Shown here: piece by piece, positions 1-8,823 of the stretch
How the letters are laid out: every line of letters starts with the position of its first letter
How positions within the stretch are numbered: position 1 is the first letter of the stretch
Source: Verrucomicrobiota bacterium
GTDB lineage: Bacteria; Verrucomicrobiota; Verrucomicrobiia; Limisphaerales; CANJXF01
Length of the DNA stretch: 43,474 nt
Assembly: GCA_038214755.1 (NCBI GenBank)
Contig: JBBQRQ010000040.1
Span: 1 to 43,474, forward strand
Reading direction: 5' to 3'
Position numbers and translations under genes: made by a program
The notes under the pieces: model-generated
The model's database searches: none
Told to the model about the DNA's origin: nothing
What the model saw: the letters and a program-made list of their open reading frames with translations, nothing else

Positions 1-245
1 AGAGACGGAGCGCGCGGAGTGACGGGCCGAAGAATGTTTTGCCATGACCGCAGCGTGAAAAACTTTGACGGCAAAGTCCAGCACGATCGATCAACTGACT
101 TCCAATCAGCCGCTTATACCGCCAGAAGAATTTTCCGTGCCACACCGGGTAGTGTTCGTCAATTACTAGCCAAGAACGCCGGAACCGTCACTGGATTTTC
201 ATGCCCCAGCTTGGGGAAAATGTTTTGGGCCAGACGAATGATCTT

Positions 246-475
246 TGCTTATCCGGTTGCTTGACAAAACCGATTTTATTGGAATAATCGGCAGTCTTGG
301 AAACACCAGAACAAAACCGACAGGCTCAGTTCGCCTTTCAAGAAAGTTTGCTAAAGCTGGCTGGTGCGACAAAAGCGTAATTGTTGGCGATGGGTTCGAT
401 TTTGAGTTGAACGAATTCGGACAACAGGAAATTAAACCCACTAAATTCCGATTTTGTCAACCAACCGGATAAGCA
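246..475. mobile_element. MITE-like element (~230 bp) with long terminal inverted repeats
   Basis: 246-272 TGCTTATCCGGTTGCTTGACAAAACCG matches the reverse complement of 449-475 at 25/27; no credible ORF inside; no clear target-site duplication. Confidence 0.55.
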
Positions 476-570
476 TGGAATGATCCTCTCCCCGCAGCCA
501 CTCGTTTCAATTTCAAAAACTCTTTCACAAACTTTGCCCAACCCCTATCTTTATTCCGTTTTCAAAATTT

Positions 571-3543
571 ATGGTTAATTTCTTTTCCGCGGCGATCAAA
601 GTTACGGTTCTTCTGCCTTTGGCGTCCATCACACTTCTGGTTCCGCAACCCGTGCGCGGCGTTGACGGCCCCCTCACGCCGGAGGAAGCCATCGCATCAT
701 TCCAACTTGAACCGGGTTTGAAAATTGAACTCGTGGCCGCGGAACCGCTGGTGATTGACCCCGTCGCGGTCGCGTTCGACGAACAAGGCCGGATGTTTGT
801 CGTGGAAGATCGCGGCTATCCCATCGGCCCAGGAAAAGGAAATCCCCCTGTTGGAAAAATCGCATTGCTCGAAGATACGGACGGCGATGGAAAATACGAC
901 AAGCGCACCACTTTCGCCGACGGTCTCACTTTTCCGAATGGCGTCCTGCCGTGGAAAGGCGGCGTGTTCGTCACTTGCGCGCCGAATGTTTATTATTTTA
1001 CAGACACCAACGGCGATGGCGTGGCCGACGTGAAGCAAATTGTTTTCAAAGGGTTTCAGGATCTTTCCACGACGCAACTTCGCGTCAGCCATCCGACGCT
1101 GAACATCGACAACTGGGTTTATCTGACGTGCGGTTTAACCGCCGGGAAAATCACTTCGCCCATTTACACAAACCATCCCATGGTTTTTGCCAACCGAACG
1201 GATTTTCGTTTTCGCCCCGACGAACCGATCTTCGAAGAAACCGCCGGCACTGCGCAGTTTGGCCAGACCTTTGACAAGTTTGGGCGAAGATTCATCTGCT
1301 CCAATCGCAATCACATTCAGCACGTCGTCATGCCACTCAATTATCTCCGGCGAAATCCGAACTTCGCCTTTTCCGATATTGTTCAGGACATTCCCGATCA
1401 CGGCCCCGCCGGAAAACTTTTCCCGCTCAGCGCCAACATTACCACCGCCGCTTTTCACACTGGATTTTTTACCTCGGCTTGCGGCGTGACCATTTACGAC
1501 GGCACCGCGTTGCCCGAAAAATATCGCGGCAATTCGTTCACGTGCGAACCGGCGGGAAATCTCATTCATCACGACATTCTTTCGCCATCCAATGAAACTT
1601 TTGTCGCCAGGCGCGCTTACGAAGATCGCGAATTTCTCGCCTCACCGGACAATTGGTTTCGCCCCGTGAATCTCGCGACCGGCCCGGACGGCGCTCTTTA
1701 CGTTTGCGACATGTATCGCAAGACCATTGAGCATCCCGAATATTTGCCGGAAGCGACGCGAAAAATCACCGACTTCGAAAGCGGCAAAGACAAAGGGCGC
1801 ATCTACCGCATCAGCGCGGCGAATGAAAATTTTAAGGAAGCGCGGAGGCCGAATTTGGCGAAGGCAAACGTCAAAGAACTTTGCGCCGAGTTGAAAAATC
1901 CCAATCGTTGGTGGCGCATGACCGCGCAACGTTTGCTCATCGAGCGCCAGGACAAATCCGCTGTGCCGATTTTGAAAACTTTGCTCAACGACGCGAAAAC
2001 TCCCGAGACTCGAGTTCATGCGCTGCGAACTCTCGATGGACTCGGCGCGTTGCAAAATGCGCAAATTGATTTCGCGTTGCGTGACAAAGATCCCGCCGTC
2101 CGCGAACATGGAATTCAACTTGCCGAATCGCGTTTGGGCCAATCGCCGAAACTCGTCGCGCAAATTCTGAAATTGTCCGACGACGAAAATGCGCGAGTTC
2201 GTTTTCAAGCCGCGCTCACTCTCGGGGAAGCGCAAAATCCGAAAGTGATCCCTGCTCTCGCGAAAATCGCGGAGCGCGACAGCGCGGACCGCTGGGTGCG
2301 CGCCGCCGTCTTGAGTTCGGTCAAAGGACGCGCCGACGAGTTGCTCAAAGAACTTTTGCCGGTCGTAAAAAAGGTCAGTCGCTATAAAAATTCTGATGGA
2401 GAACTCGCGTTGCTTCCGCTGATGAATGAATTGGGAAAACTTCTGGGAGCGGAAAAAACCAATTCCATTTTGGCAACGTTGCGAACGATGACTTCTTCGA
2501 GCGACGAACAGGATTTCGATTGGCAACTGGCGTTGTTGAGCGGATTTGCCGATGGACTTCGCATCGCTAAACAAAATGTCGGAGAACATTCGGCCTTGAT
2601 GAACGCGGTCATGCTGGATTCTTCCGACACTCCAAAACGCATTGATGCGATGATGCAACGCGCGTCGAAAATTTCCGTCGATTCCACGCAACCCGCGGAA
2701 CGCCGTTTGGTTGCGCTCGGCTTGTTGAGTCAGGCTGATTTTTCTGTCGCGGGCATTGCGCTGGGAAATCTGCTCGATCCGCAACAACCGTCCGAAATTC
2801 AAATCGCCGCCGTGCGCGCGCTGACGCAAATGCCCGGCAGCGGCGCGGGCGCAATGTTAGTCCGCAAGGATCATTGGAACGGTTACACGCCGGCGGTTCG
2901 CGAAGCCGTTTTGTCGGCGATGATGGCGCAAACAAATTTGCTGCAAGCGCTGCTCACTGGCGTCGAGAGTGGCGATGTCCCGCCTTGGAGTGTGAATGCG
3001 GAGCGCAGGAATAATTTGATGAAGAACAAAGATGATTCGATTCGCAATCGCGCAGTCGCGTTGTTCAAAGATTTGCAGTCGGGAGATCGAATGAAAGTTT
3101 ATGAAGAGTATAAAGCGGTGCTCGCCTTAAAGCCGAATCCGACAAACGGTCATGCTATTTTCACTCGAACTTGCACCTCCTGCCACGTTGTCGCCGGTGA
3201 AGGAAAAACCGTCGGACCCGATTTGACCGGCATTCGCAATCAGCCCGCCGACGTTTTGCTGCTGCACATCATTGTGCCCGAATACGAAATCATGCCGATC
3301 TACACGACCTACAACATCGAAACCAAAGATGGCCAGACTCTCACTGGATTGCTCGCGGCGGAAACGCCTTCGAGCATCACCTTGCGCCAGGCGTTGGGAA
3401 TCGAACAAGTGATCCCGCGCGCCAACATCGCGTCGATGTCCACGAGCCGTCTCTCGCTCATGCCGGATGAATTGGAGAAAACAATGTCCAAACAAGACCT
3501 CGCCGATTTGGTCGGATTTTTAAAAGGTGGAGAGACACACTAA
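571..3543 (+). CDS. PVC-type heme-binding CxxCH protein (beta-propeller dehydrogenase-like domain, HEAT repeats, C-terminal cytochrome c)
   Basis: 990 aa; signal peptide; 'LTPEEAIASFQLEPGLKIELVAAEPLVIDP', 'DTDGDGKYD', 'FRPVNLATGPDGALYVCDMYR'; HEAT-like helices; 'CTSCH...GPDLTG' and 'SLMPDELE'. Confidence 0.9.
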   Translation: MVNFFSAAIKVTVLLPLASITLLVPQPVRGVDGPLTPEEAIASFQLEPGLKIELVAAEPLVIDPVAVAFDEQGRMFVVEDRGYPIGPGKGNPPVGKIALLEDTDGDGKYDKRTTFADGLTFPNGVLPWKGGVFVTCAPNVYYFTDTNGDGVADVKQIVFKGFQDLSTTQLRVSHPTLNIDNWVYLTCGLTAGKITSPIYTNHPMVFANRTDFRFRPDEPIFEETAGTAQFGQTFDKFGRRFICSNRNHIQHVVMPLNYLRRNPNFAFSDIVQDIPDHGPAGKLFPLSANITTAAFHTGFFTSACGVTIYDGTALPEKYRGNSFTCEPAGNLIHHDILSPSNETFVARRAYEDREFLASPDNWFRPVNLATGPDGALYVCDMYRKTIEHPEYLPEATRKITDFESGKDKGRIYRISAANENFKEARRPNLAKANVKELCAELKNPNRWWRMTAQRLLIERQDKSAVPILKTLLNDAKTPETRVHALRTLDGLGALQNAQIDFALRDKDPAVREHGIQLAESRLGQSPKLVAQILKLSDDENARVRFQAALTLGEAQNPKVIPALAKIAERDSADRWVRAAVLSSVKGRADELLKELLPVVKKVSRYKNSDGELALLPLMNELGKLLGAEKTNSILATLRTMTSSSDEQDFDWQLALLSGFADGLRIAKQNVGEHSALMNAVMLDSSDTPKRIDAMMQRASKISVDSTQPAERRLVALGLLSQADFSVAGIALGNLLDPQQPSEIQIAAVRALTQMPGSGAGAMLVRKDHWNGYTPAVREAVLSAMMAQTNLLQALLTGVESGDVPPWSVNAERRNNLMKNKDDSIRNRAVALFKDLQSGDRMKVYEEYKAVLALKPNPTNGHAIFTRTCTSCHVVAGEGKTVGPDLTGIRNQPADVLLLHIIVPEYEIMPIYTTYNIETKDGQTLTGLLAAETPSSITLRQALGIEQVIPRANIASMSTSRLSLMPDELEKTMSKQDLADLVGFLKGGETH

Positions 3544-3559
3544 GCAGGCTCTTGAAAGA

Positions 3560-3635
3560 GTAGCCGACGACATGAGGAGGCGGAAAAAGATGCGTTGTGT
3601 CCCGCCGTAATCCGCCTCCTCACGTCGGCGGCTAC
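3560..3635. repeat. GTAG-terminated palindromic (REP-like) element, family A
   Basis: GTAGCCGACGACATGAGGAGGCGGA ... TCCGCCTCCTCACGTCGGCGGCTAC inverted arms; second copy at 34535-34610. Confidence 0.85.
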
Positions 3636-3719
3636 AAGCGATGGGAACCGAAAGAAACCATTTCGGCCATCGCAGAAAGAATGTTGCAACCAACCCCGCG
3701 CCAGTTTTTGATTTCTTCG

Positions 3720-4601
3720 ATGCAAGACCTCATCGCCAAAGCCGCAACCTTGCTCGAAGCGCTGCCTTACATTCAGAAATTCAGCGGGGAAATTTTCGTG
3801 GTGAAATATGGCGGGAGTTTTATGGATTCGCCGGACGTGTCCATTCGAAATGGCGTGGCGCGCGACATTGTTTTTCTCGAAGCGGTGGAAATAAATCCGG
3901 TAGTGATTCACGGAGGGGGCAAGGCAATTACTCGCGCCATGGAACGCGCCGGATTGAAAGCCAATTTCATTCAAGGCCAGCGCGTGACCGACCAAGCCAC
4001 GGTGAAAATTGTGGACGATGTCCTTTCACGCGAAATCAATCCGGAGATCGTCGCCACCATCAATTCACTTGGCGGCGCGGCCAAAGGTTTTTCTGGAACA
4101 GAAATTTTCCAATGCCGAAAACTTTGGCTCGGAGAGAAAGATAATCCCGGAGCGAAAATCGACATCGGCTTCGTCGGCGAAGTTTTTTCGGTGAACCCAA
4201 AACCTTTGTTGGAATGTATTGCGAAAGGCATCACGCCCGTCATCAGTCCAACGGCGCGCGGGAACGATGGAAAAATTTACAACTGCAATGCGGACGTCGC
4301 CGCCGCGCAGGTGGCCATCGCGCTCAAGGCCAAACGCCTCGTTTTTATGAGCGACGTCCCGGGCTTGATGCGCGATCCGAAAAATCCTTCGACGGTTATT
4401 TCGCATTTACAAATCAGCGAAGTGGCCGCGCTTAAAAAATCCGGCGTGATCGATCAAGGAATGATTCCTAAAGTGGACAGCGCGGTGATTGCAATTAAGT
4501 CAGGCGTGGAAAAAGTTTCGTTCGTCGATGGCCGCATCGAACACTCGGTGCTGCTGGAAATTTTTACTGACGCAGGTGTCGGAACAGAAGTTGTCATGTA
4601 A
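3720..4601 (+). CDS. argB: acetylglutamate kinase
   Basis: 'LLEALPYIQKF...VVKYGGS', 'VIHGGGKAI', 'NCNADVAA', 'GMIPKV', 'LLEIFTDAGVGT'; ATG 3720 preferred because the upstream ORF extension is repeat-derived. Confidence 0.95.
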   Translation: MQDLIAKAATLLEALPYIQKFSGEIFVVKYGGSFMDSPDVSIRNGVARDIVFLEAVEINPVVIHGGGKAITRAMERAGLKANFIQGQRVTDQATVKIVDDVLSREINPEIVATINSLGGAAKGFSGTEIFQCRKLWLGEKDNPGAKIDIGFVGEVFSVNPKPLLECIAKGITPVISPTARGNDGKIYNCNADVAAAQVAIALKAKRLVFMSDVPGLMRDPKNPSTVISHLQISEVAALKKSGVIDQGMIPKVDSAVIAIKSGVEKVSFVDGRIEHSVLLEIFTDAGVGTEVVM

Positions 4602-4661
4602 AACGGCGTCTAGTCCGCCAAAGGCATTGAATCTCTATAGCAAAAATGCGACTCTTTCGGC

Positions 4662-5228
4662 GTGACTGATACCGAGGCAACTTTGCTCCGCGAAAACACC
4701 GGAACTTCCGGACTCGAGGAAACTGCCCGCAAGGTGGCGTCCACTCTGGCGGATTACGATATCCCGCATCTCTTCGTTGGAGGTTTGGCAGTGCAGGAAC
4801 ACGGCTACGCCCGCGTCACGCTCGATGTCGATGTGGTCGTGCCGGATGTTTTGGAAGCGCTCGAATTTCTCACTGCGGATGTGACTGGTCCATTTGTTCG
4901 AGTTCCGAATTGTGAAGATCGGTTGAATGACCGGCGCAATGGCGTGAAAATCGATTTGCTCCCCTCCGGCCGCGTTTTGAAAGCCGGATGCAAAATTCCT
5001 TTCCCTGAACCAAAAAAAGTTTTTGCAACGCCTCAAATCGTCAGTCTCGAAGATTTAATTTCGCTGAAACTTGATAGCTGGTCGGGTAGTCCTTTGCATC
5101 GCCTCAAAGATAAATCAGACGTCGTCGAGATCATAAAAAACCGCCACTTGCCTCGTGACCTGGCGGTCGCGCCGGCGATTCGTCATCTCTACCTCGAAAC
5201 CTGGGATGGCCTGCAAGCGGAACGGTGA
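4662..5228 (+). CDS. standalone nucleotidyltransferase (Pol-beta superfamily, MNT/AbiEii-like)
   Basis: 188 aa, GTG start; 'FVGGLAVQEHGYARVTLDVDVVV' (GG...DxD), 'SLEDLISLKL', 'RLKDKSDV'. Confidence 0.75.
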   Translation: MTDTEATLLRENTGTSGLEETARKVASTLADYDIPHLFVGGLAVQEHGYARVTLDVDVVVPDVLEALEFLTADVTGPFVRVPNCEDRLNDRRNGVKIDLLPSGRVLKAGCKIPFPEPKKVFATPQIVSLEDLISLKLDSWSGSPLHRLKDKSDVVEIIKNRHLPRDLAVAPAIRHLYLETWDGLQAER

Positions 5229-5261
5229 ATCGCTTTGATCCACCCATCGTTTCCATTGACG

Positions 5262-5327
5262 ATTTAGGATTTGGGATTTACGCACTGCTCGCTTATTGGA
5301 TTCCGTGATAAATCCAAAATCGTAAAT
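5262..5327. repeat. inverted pair of short heptamer-type arrays immediately upstream of argD
   Basis: ATTTAGGATTTGGGATTTA (5262-5280) vs reverse complement of TAAATCCAAAATCGTAAAT (5309-5327), 17/19. Confidence 0.55.
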
Positions 5328-5329
5328 TG

Positions 5330-6706
5330 ATGAAAAACATTGTTCCTCCACCTCCGGCCATAATTCGAAGCGACGTTGCCGCGATCAAAAGCCTTTTTGA
5401 AAAAAATGTGGTGCCGAGTTATGCGCGTTTCGAAATCGTTTTGAGTCACGGCGCGGGAAGCTGGCTGTGGGACGTTTCGGGAAAACGCTATCTCGATTTC
5501 GGTGGCGGCATCGCGGTTTCTTCGCTCGGCCACGCGCATCCAGCCATCACCGACGCACTCATTGAACAGTCCAAAAAACTCATTCACACCTCGAATCTTT
5601 ATTTTCACGAGCCGCAGGGACGCCTCGCTGAAAAACTGGTGAACGAAATTGGCGCCGGAAAAATTTTCTTTTGCAACAGCGGCGGTGAGGCGAATGAAGG
5701 TTTGTTCAAAGTCGCGCGCAAATTTGGTCACGATGAAGGGCATTTTGAAATTCTCACCGCGCACAATTCTTTTCACGGACGCACGCTGGCCGGAATTTCC
5801 GCGACGGGTCAGGAGAAAGTGAAAAAAGGTTTCGAGCCGATGGTTCCCGGATTTCGCCACGTTCCGTTCAACGATTTGACGGCGATGCAAAAGGCCATTT
5901 CTCCAGCGACAGTCGCGATCATGATCGAGTGCGTGCAGGGCGAAGGCGGCATCACGTCAGCCACACCGGAATATTTATCTGGTCTGCGAAAGTTGTGTGA
6001 TGAAAAAAAACTTTTGCTCCTGCTGGACAGCGTGCAGGACGGACATTTTCGCACAGGAAGATGTCAGGCGTTTCAGAGGATTTTGGAAGATGTAGGGCAG
6101 GCTTTCCAGCCTGCCGGTGCCGGGGACTTTTCAGTCCCCGGCAACACGGAGCTGGAAAGCTCCGTTAACCGGCAGACAAGAATGTCCGCCCTACAGAATT
6201 TTTTGCCCGATGGAATCTCAATGGCGAAATCGCTTGGCGCAGGTTTTCCGATTGGCGCGTTTTGGGTGCGCGAGCCGTTTGCGGATTTGTTGAGCGCCGG
6301 TTCGCACGGCTCGACTTTTGGCGGTGGCCCGCTCGCTTGCGCCGTGGCCTTGAAAGTTTTTGAAATCATCCAGCGCGAAAAACTCGGCGACAACGCTCGC
6401 GAGATCGGCGAATTTTTGAAAAACGAATTACTGCGGATAGGCCAGAAGTTTCCGCAACTCATTAAAACAGCTCGCGGACTTGGCTTAATTATCGGCTTGG
6501 AACTTGCGCCAAACATTGCCTCTTTTGCCGGGAACGAAAAATCTCACGCGATTCAATTCGTCGCCCGTTTGCACGAAGCCGGTATGCTCGCTATTCCCTC
6601 GGGCACGCAAGTGATTCGACTTTTGCCGCCGCTGAATTTGCGTCGCGATGAAGCGGAGCAGGGAATAAAAATCATCGAGTCGATCGCGGAAAAATTGGCT
6701 TCATAA
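5330..6706 (+). CDS. argD: acetylornithine aminotransferase (class III PLP) carrying a 35-aa insertion
   Basis: 'YLDFGGGIAVSSLGH', 'NSGGEANE', 'SFHGRTL', 'ECVQGEGG', PLP-lysine 'MAKSLGAGFPIGA', 'HGSTFGGGP'; lies between argB and argF. Confidence 0.93.
   Translation: MKNIVPPPPAIIRSDVAAIKSLFEKNVVPSYARFEIVLSHGAGSWLWDVSGKRYLDFGGGIAVSSLGHAHPAITDALIEQSKKLIHTSNLYFHEPQGRLAEKLVNEIGAGKIFFCNSGGEANEGLFKVARKFGHDEGHFEILTAHNSFHGRTLAGISATGQEKVKKGFEPMVPGFRHVPFNDLTAMQKAISPATVAIMIECVQGEGGITSATPEYLSGLRKLCDEKKLLLLLDSVQDGHFRTGRCQAFQRILEDVGQAFQPAGAGDFSVPGNTELESSVNRQTRMSALQNFLPDGISMAKSLGAGFPIGAFWVREPFADLLSAGSHGSTFGGGPLACAVALKVFEIIQREKLGDNAREIGEFLKNELLRIGQKFPQLIKTARGLGLIIGLELAPNIASFAGNEKSHAIQFVARLHEAGMLAIPSGTQVIRLLPPLNLRRDEAEQGIKIIESIAEKLAS
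6091..6195. repeat. branched palindromic GTAG element inserted in frame in argD
   Basis: 105 bp, TGTAG...CTACA; 28-nt terminal arms match 22/28; internal hairpins GCCGGGGAC/GTCCCCGGC and ACGGAGCT/AGCTCCGT. Confidence 0.85.
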
Positions 6707-6710
6707 AAAC

Positions 6711-7607
6711 ATGAAACACCTTTTGAGCCTGGAAAAATTATCGCGCGCCGACATGGAAACGATTCTCCAAAATTCCGGCGTGCTAAAAAAACAGCGCGGC
6801 GACAGCCAGCACCAACCGCTCGCCGGTCAAACCTGGGCGATGATTTTTACGAAATCTTCCACGCGCACGAGAGTTTCGTTTGAGGTCGGAATTCACGAAC
6901 TGGGTGGCAACGCGCTTTTCCTCCACGCCAACGATATCCAGCTTGGTCGCGGCGAACCGATCAAAGACACCGCCCGCGTTTTGGGTCGAATGGTTCACGG
7001 CGCTATCATCCGCACCTTTGCGCAAAGCGATGTCGAGGAGTTTGCCGAGTTCGCAAAAATTCCGACGATCAACGCGCTGACCGATGACGAACATCCGTGT
7101 CAGGTCCTCGCGGACATTTTTACTTTTCAGGAAAAGCGCGGATCAATCGCCGGGAAAATTGTCACGTTCATCGGCGATGGCGCGTGCAACATGGCGAACT
7201 CCTGGATTTTTGCCGCAGCCAAACTTGGTTTTGAATTGCGGATTGCTGCGCCAAAGAATTTCCAACCCTCGCCGGAAATTTTGAAACGCGCCGGTGGAAA
7301 AATCATTGTCACGGATGATTTGAACTCTGCTGCAAAAAATTCGGATGTGCTTTATACGGACGTTTGGATTTCGATGGGCAAAGAATCGCAAACTGCCGAA
7401 CGCATCAAGGAGCTTTCGGGTTATCAAATCAACAAAGCGCTGGTGAAACTAGCCAAACCGGATGCGCTGGTGATGCATTGTCTTCCAGCCTATCGCGGCA
7501 AGGAAATTGATGACGAAACTTTTGAGGCGCACGCCCAAACCATTTTTGACGAAGCGGAAAATCGGTTGCACGTGCAGAAAGCGATTCTGAGTTGGATCGT
7601 GAGTTAG
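6711..7607 (+). CDS. argF: ornithine carbamoyltransferase
   Basis: 'KSSTRTRVSFE', 'INALTDDEHPCQ', 'YTDVWISMG', 'MHCLPAYRG', 'AENRLH'. Confidence 0.96.
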   Translation: MKHLLSLEKLSRADMETILQNSGVLKKQRGDSQHQPLAGQTWAMIFTKSSTRTRVSFEVGIHELGGNALFLHANDIQLGRGEPIKDTARVLGRMVHGAIIRTFAQSDVEEFAEFAKIPTINALTDDEHPCQVLADIFTFQEKRGSIAGKIVTFIGDGACNMANSWIFAAAKLGFELRIAAPKNFQPSPEILKRAGGKIIVTDDLNSAAKNSDVLYTDVWISMGKESQTAERIKELSGYQINKALVKLAKPDALVMHCLPAYRGKEIDDETFEAHAQTIFDEAENRLHVQKAILSWIVS

Positions 7608-7616
7608 ATATTTTGT

Positions 7617-8012
7617 TTGCCAGGCGGGTAACATCAGCCTGCGGCGGGTGCGAAGTAATAGAGCGAGAAGGAATGCGTGGCCGGAGCAAAGTGCTGCCGA
7701 CATTCTGTCGGCAGAAATGAGGAAAACCAGCGCGCAAGACTTTTTATAAAGCTTAAAAATTCCCGCGTTCTCTGACGACCGAACGCCGGGGGTGTGATTT
7801 AAACTGGTGGTCAGAACAAGAGCGCCAGAGGACTGGCGCACTCCAAGACGCTTCGCGGCATTCGTGCGCCATCGAGATTCGCGCGAGCGTCTTGGACTGC
7901 GGCGGCCCTCCGCCGCTTTTAACAGCACCGCTCGTGAGTGCCACTCGGAATCACACCCGAATGTCGGCAGCACTTTGATTCGCACCCGCCGGAGGCAGAT
8001 GCTACCCGGCAA
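7617..8012. repeat. nested composite of palindromic elements between convergent argF and the RluA-family gene
   Basis: Outer arms 7625-7654 / 7979-8008 (27/30); CAAAGTGCTGCCGACATTC 7687-7705 / 7959-7977 perfect inverted repeat; inner element 7818-7920 with TCCAAGACGCT/AGCGTCTTGGA arms. Confidence 0.8.
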
Positions 8013-8802
8013 GAAGCCGTAAATATTTCACCGCGACTTTTAAATCTTTTGGCCACGCCGCTTCGATGCAAATTTCATTCCCAGTCACCGGATGAGCGAG
8101 CGACAATTTTTCAGCATGAAGCGCCAGAGTGGAAATGAGCGGGCGTTCCACTTTCTTTGGTTTTAAACGAAAATCTTTTTTCAACTGCGAAAGAAGCAAT
8201 TGCGGCCCTCCGTAAATACTGTCGCCAAGAATCGGCAGACCTAAATATTGCAGATGAACGCGAATCTGATGGGTGCGCGCGCTGACCGGGCGACATTCGA
8301 GAAGGGAAAATTTTTTATACCGTTCGCGAACGGTGAATTCTGTGCGCGCCTGTTTTCCATCTTTTTCATCGACGCGCATCACGCCGAGTTTCACGGGATG
8401 CGGCGCGAGCCTGGCCTTAATTTCAAAAGTGTCCTGCTGCATGGAACCGCGCACCAGCGCCGCGTAAATTTTCATTGGTGTCTCCGCGCCAAATTGGTTG
8501 GCGAGCGCGACGAGAACCGCTTTTGTTTTGGCGAGTAAAATAATTCCAGTCGTTTCAAAATCGAGCCGGTGCGCATTCATTAAATAAGCGAGACCGATTC
8601 TTTTTTTCGCCCACGGCGCGCTGCGTTGAATGTCGCGATGAAGCAAAGTCAGCAAGTTCGGTTTTGAGGGAACGTCGCGATCGGGCGAGACCAGGAGGCC
8701 AGTCGGTTTGTTCAACGCCAATAAATGTTCATCCTCGAACAGCACTAGGATTTCCCAGAACTCGCGCGTGTGGGGCCAGGAAAGTTTGATGACATCAATC
8801 AC
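8002..8802 (-). CDS. RluA-family RNA pseudouridine synthase
   Basis: 'LFEDEHLLALNKPTGLLV', catalytic 'HRLDFETTG', 'RTHQIRVHL...PILGDSIYG', 'LHAEKLSLAHP'. Confidence 0.92.
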   Translation of the reverse strand: MIDVIKLSWPHTREFWEILVLFEDEHLLALNKPTGLLVSPDRDVPSKPNLLTLLHRDIQRSAPWAKKRIGLAYLMNAHRLDFETTGIILLAKTKAVLVALANQFGAETPMKIYAALVRGSMQQDTFEIKARLAPHPVKLGVMRVDEKDGKQARTEFTVRERYKKFSLLECRPVSARTHQIRVHLQYLGLPILGDSIYGGPQLLLSQLKKDFRLKPKKVERPLISTLALHAEKLSLAHPVTGNEICIEAAWPKDLKVAVKYLRLLAG

Positions 8803-8823
8803 AGGTCACCGGGGCGGAGGGTG

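Noticed and set aside
19..541. Short ORFs at the window start
   Set aside because: No recognisable motifs; they overlap the MITE-like element
1642..2829. 395-aa antisense ORF, and similar long antisense ORFs at 9070-9954, 17429-18343 and 31065-31811
   Set aside because: Shadows of well-supported genes on the opposite strand; no motifs of their own
3597..3719. N-terminal extension of ArgB in the ORF track
   Set aside because: Begins inside a palindromic repeat; ArgB similarity starts at ATG 3720
6091..6195. Intein or self-splicing intron in argD
   Set aside because: Only 35 aa, no Cys/Ser start or His-Asn end, and far too short for a group I/II intron; DNA features match the palindromic repeats
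7429..8138. Several ORFs between argF and the RluA-family gene
   Set aside because: Translations of repeat DNA ('SAADILSA', 'VGSTL', 'GGGPPQSK')
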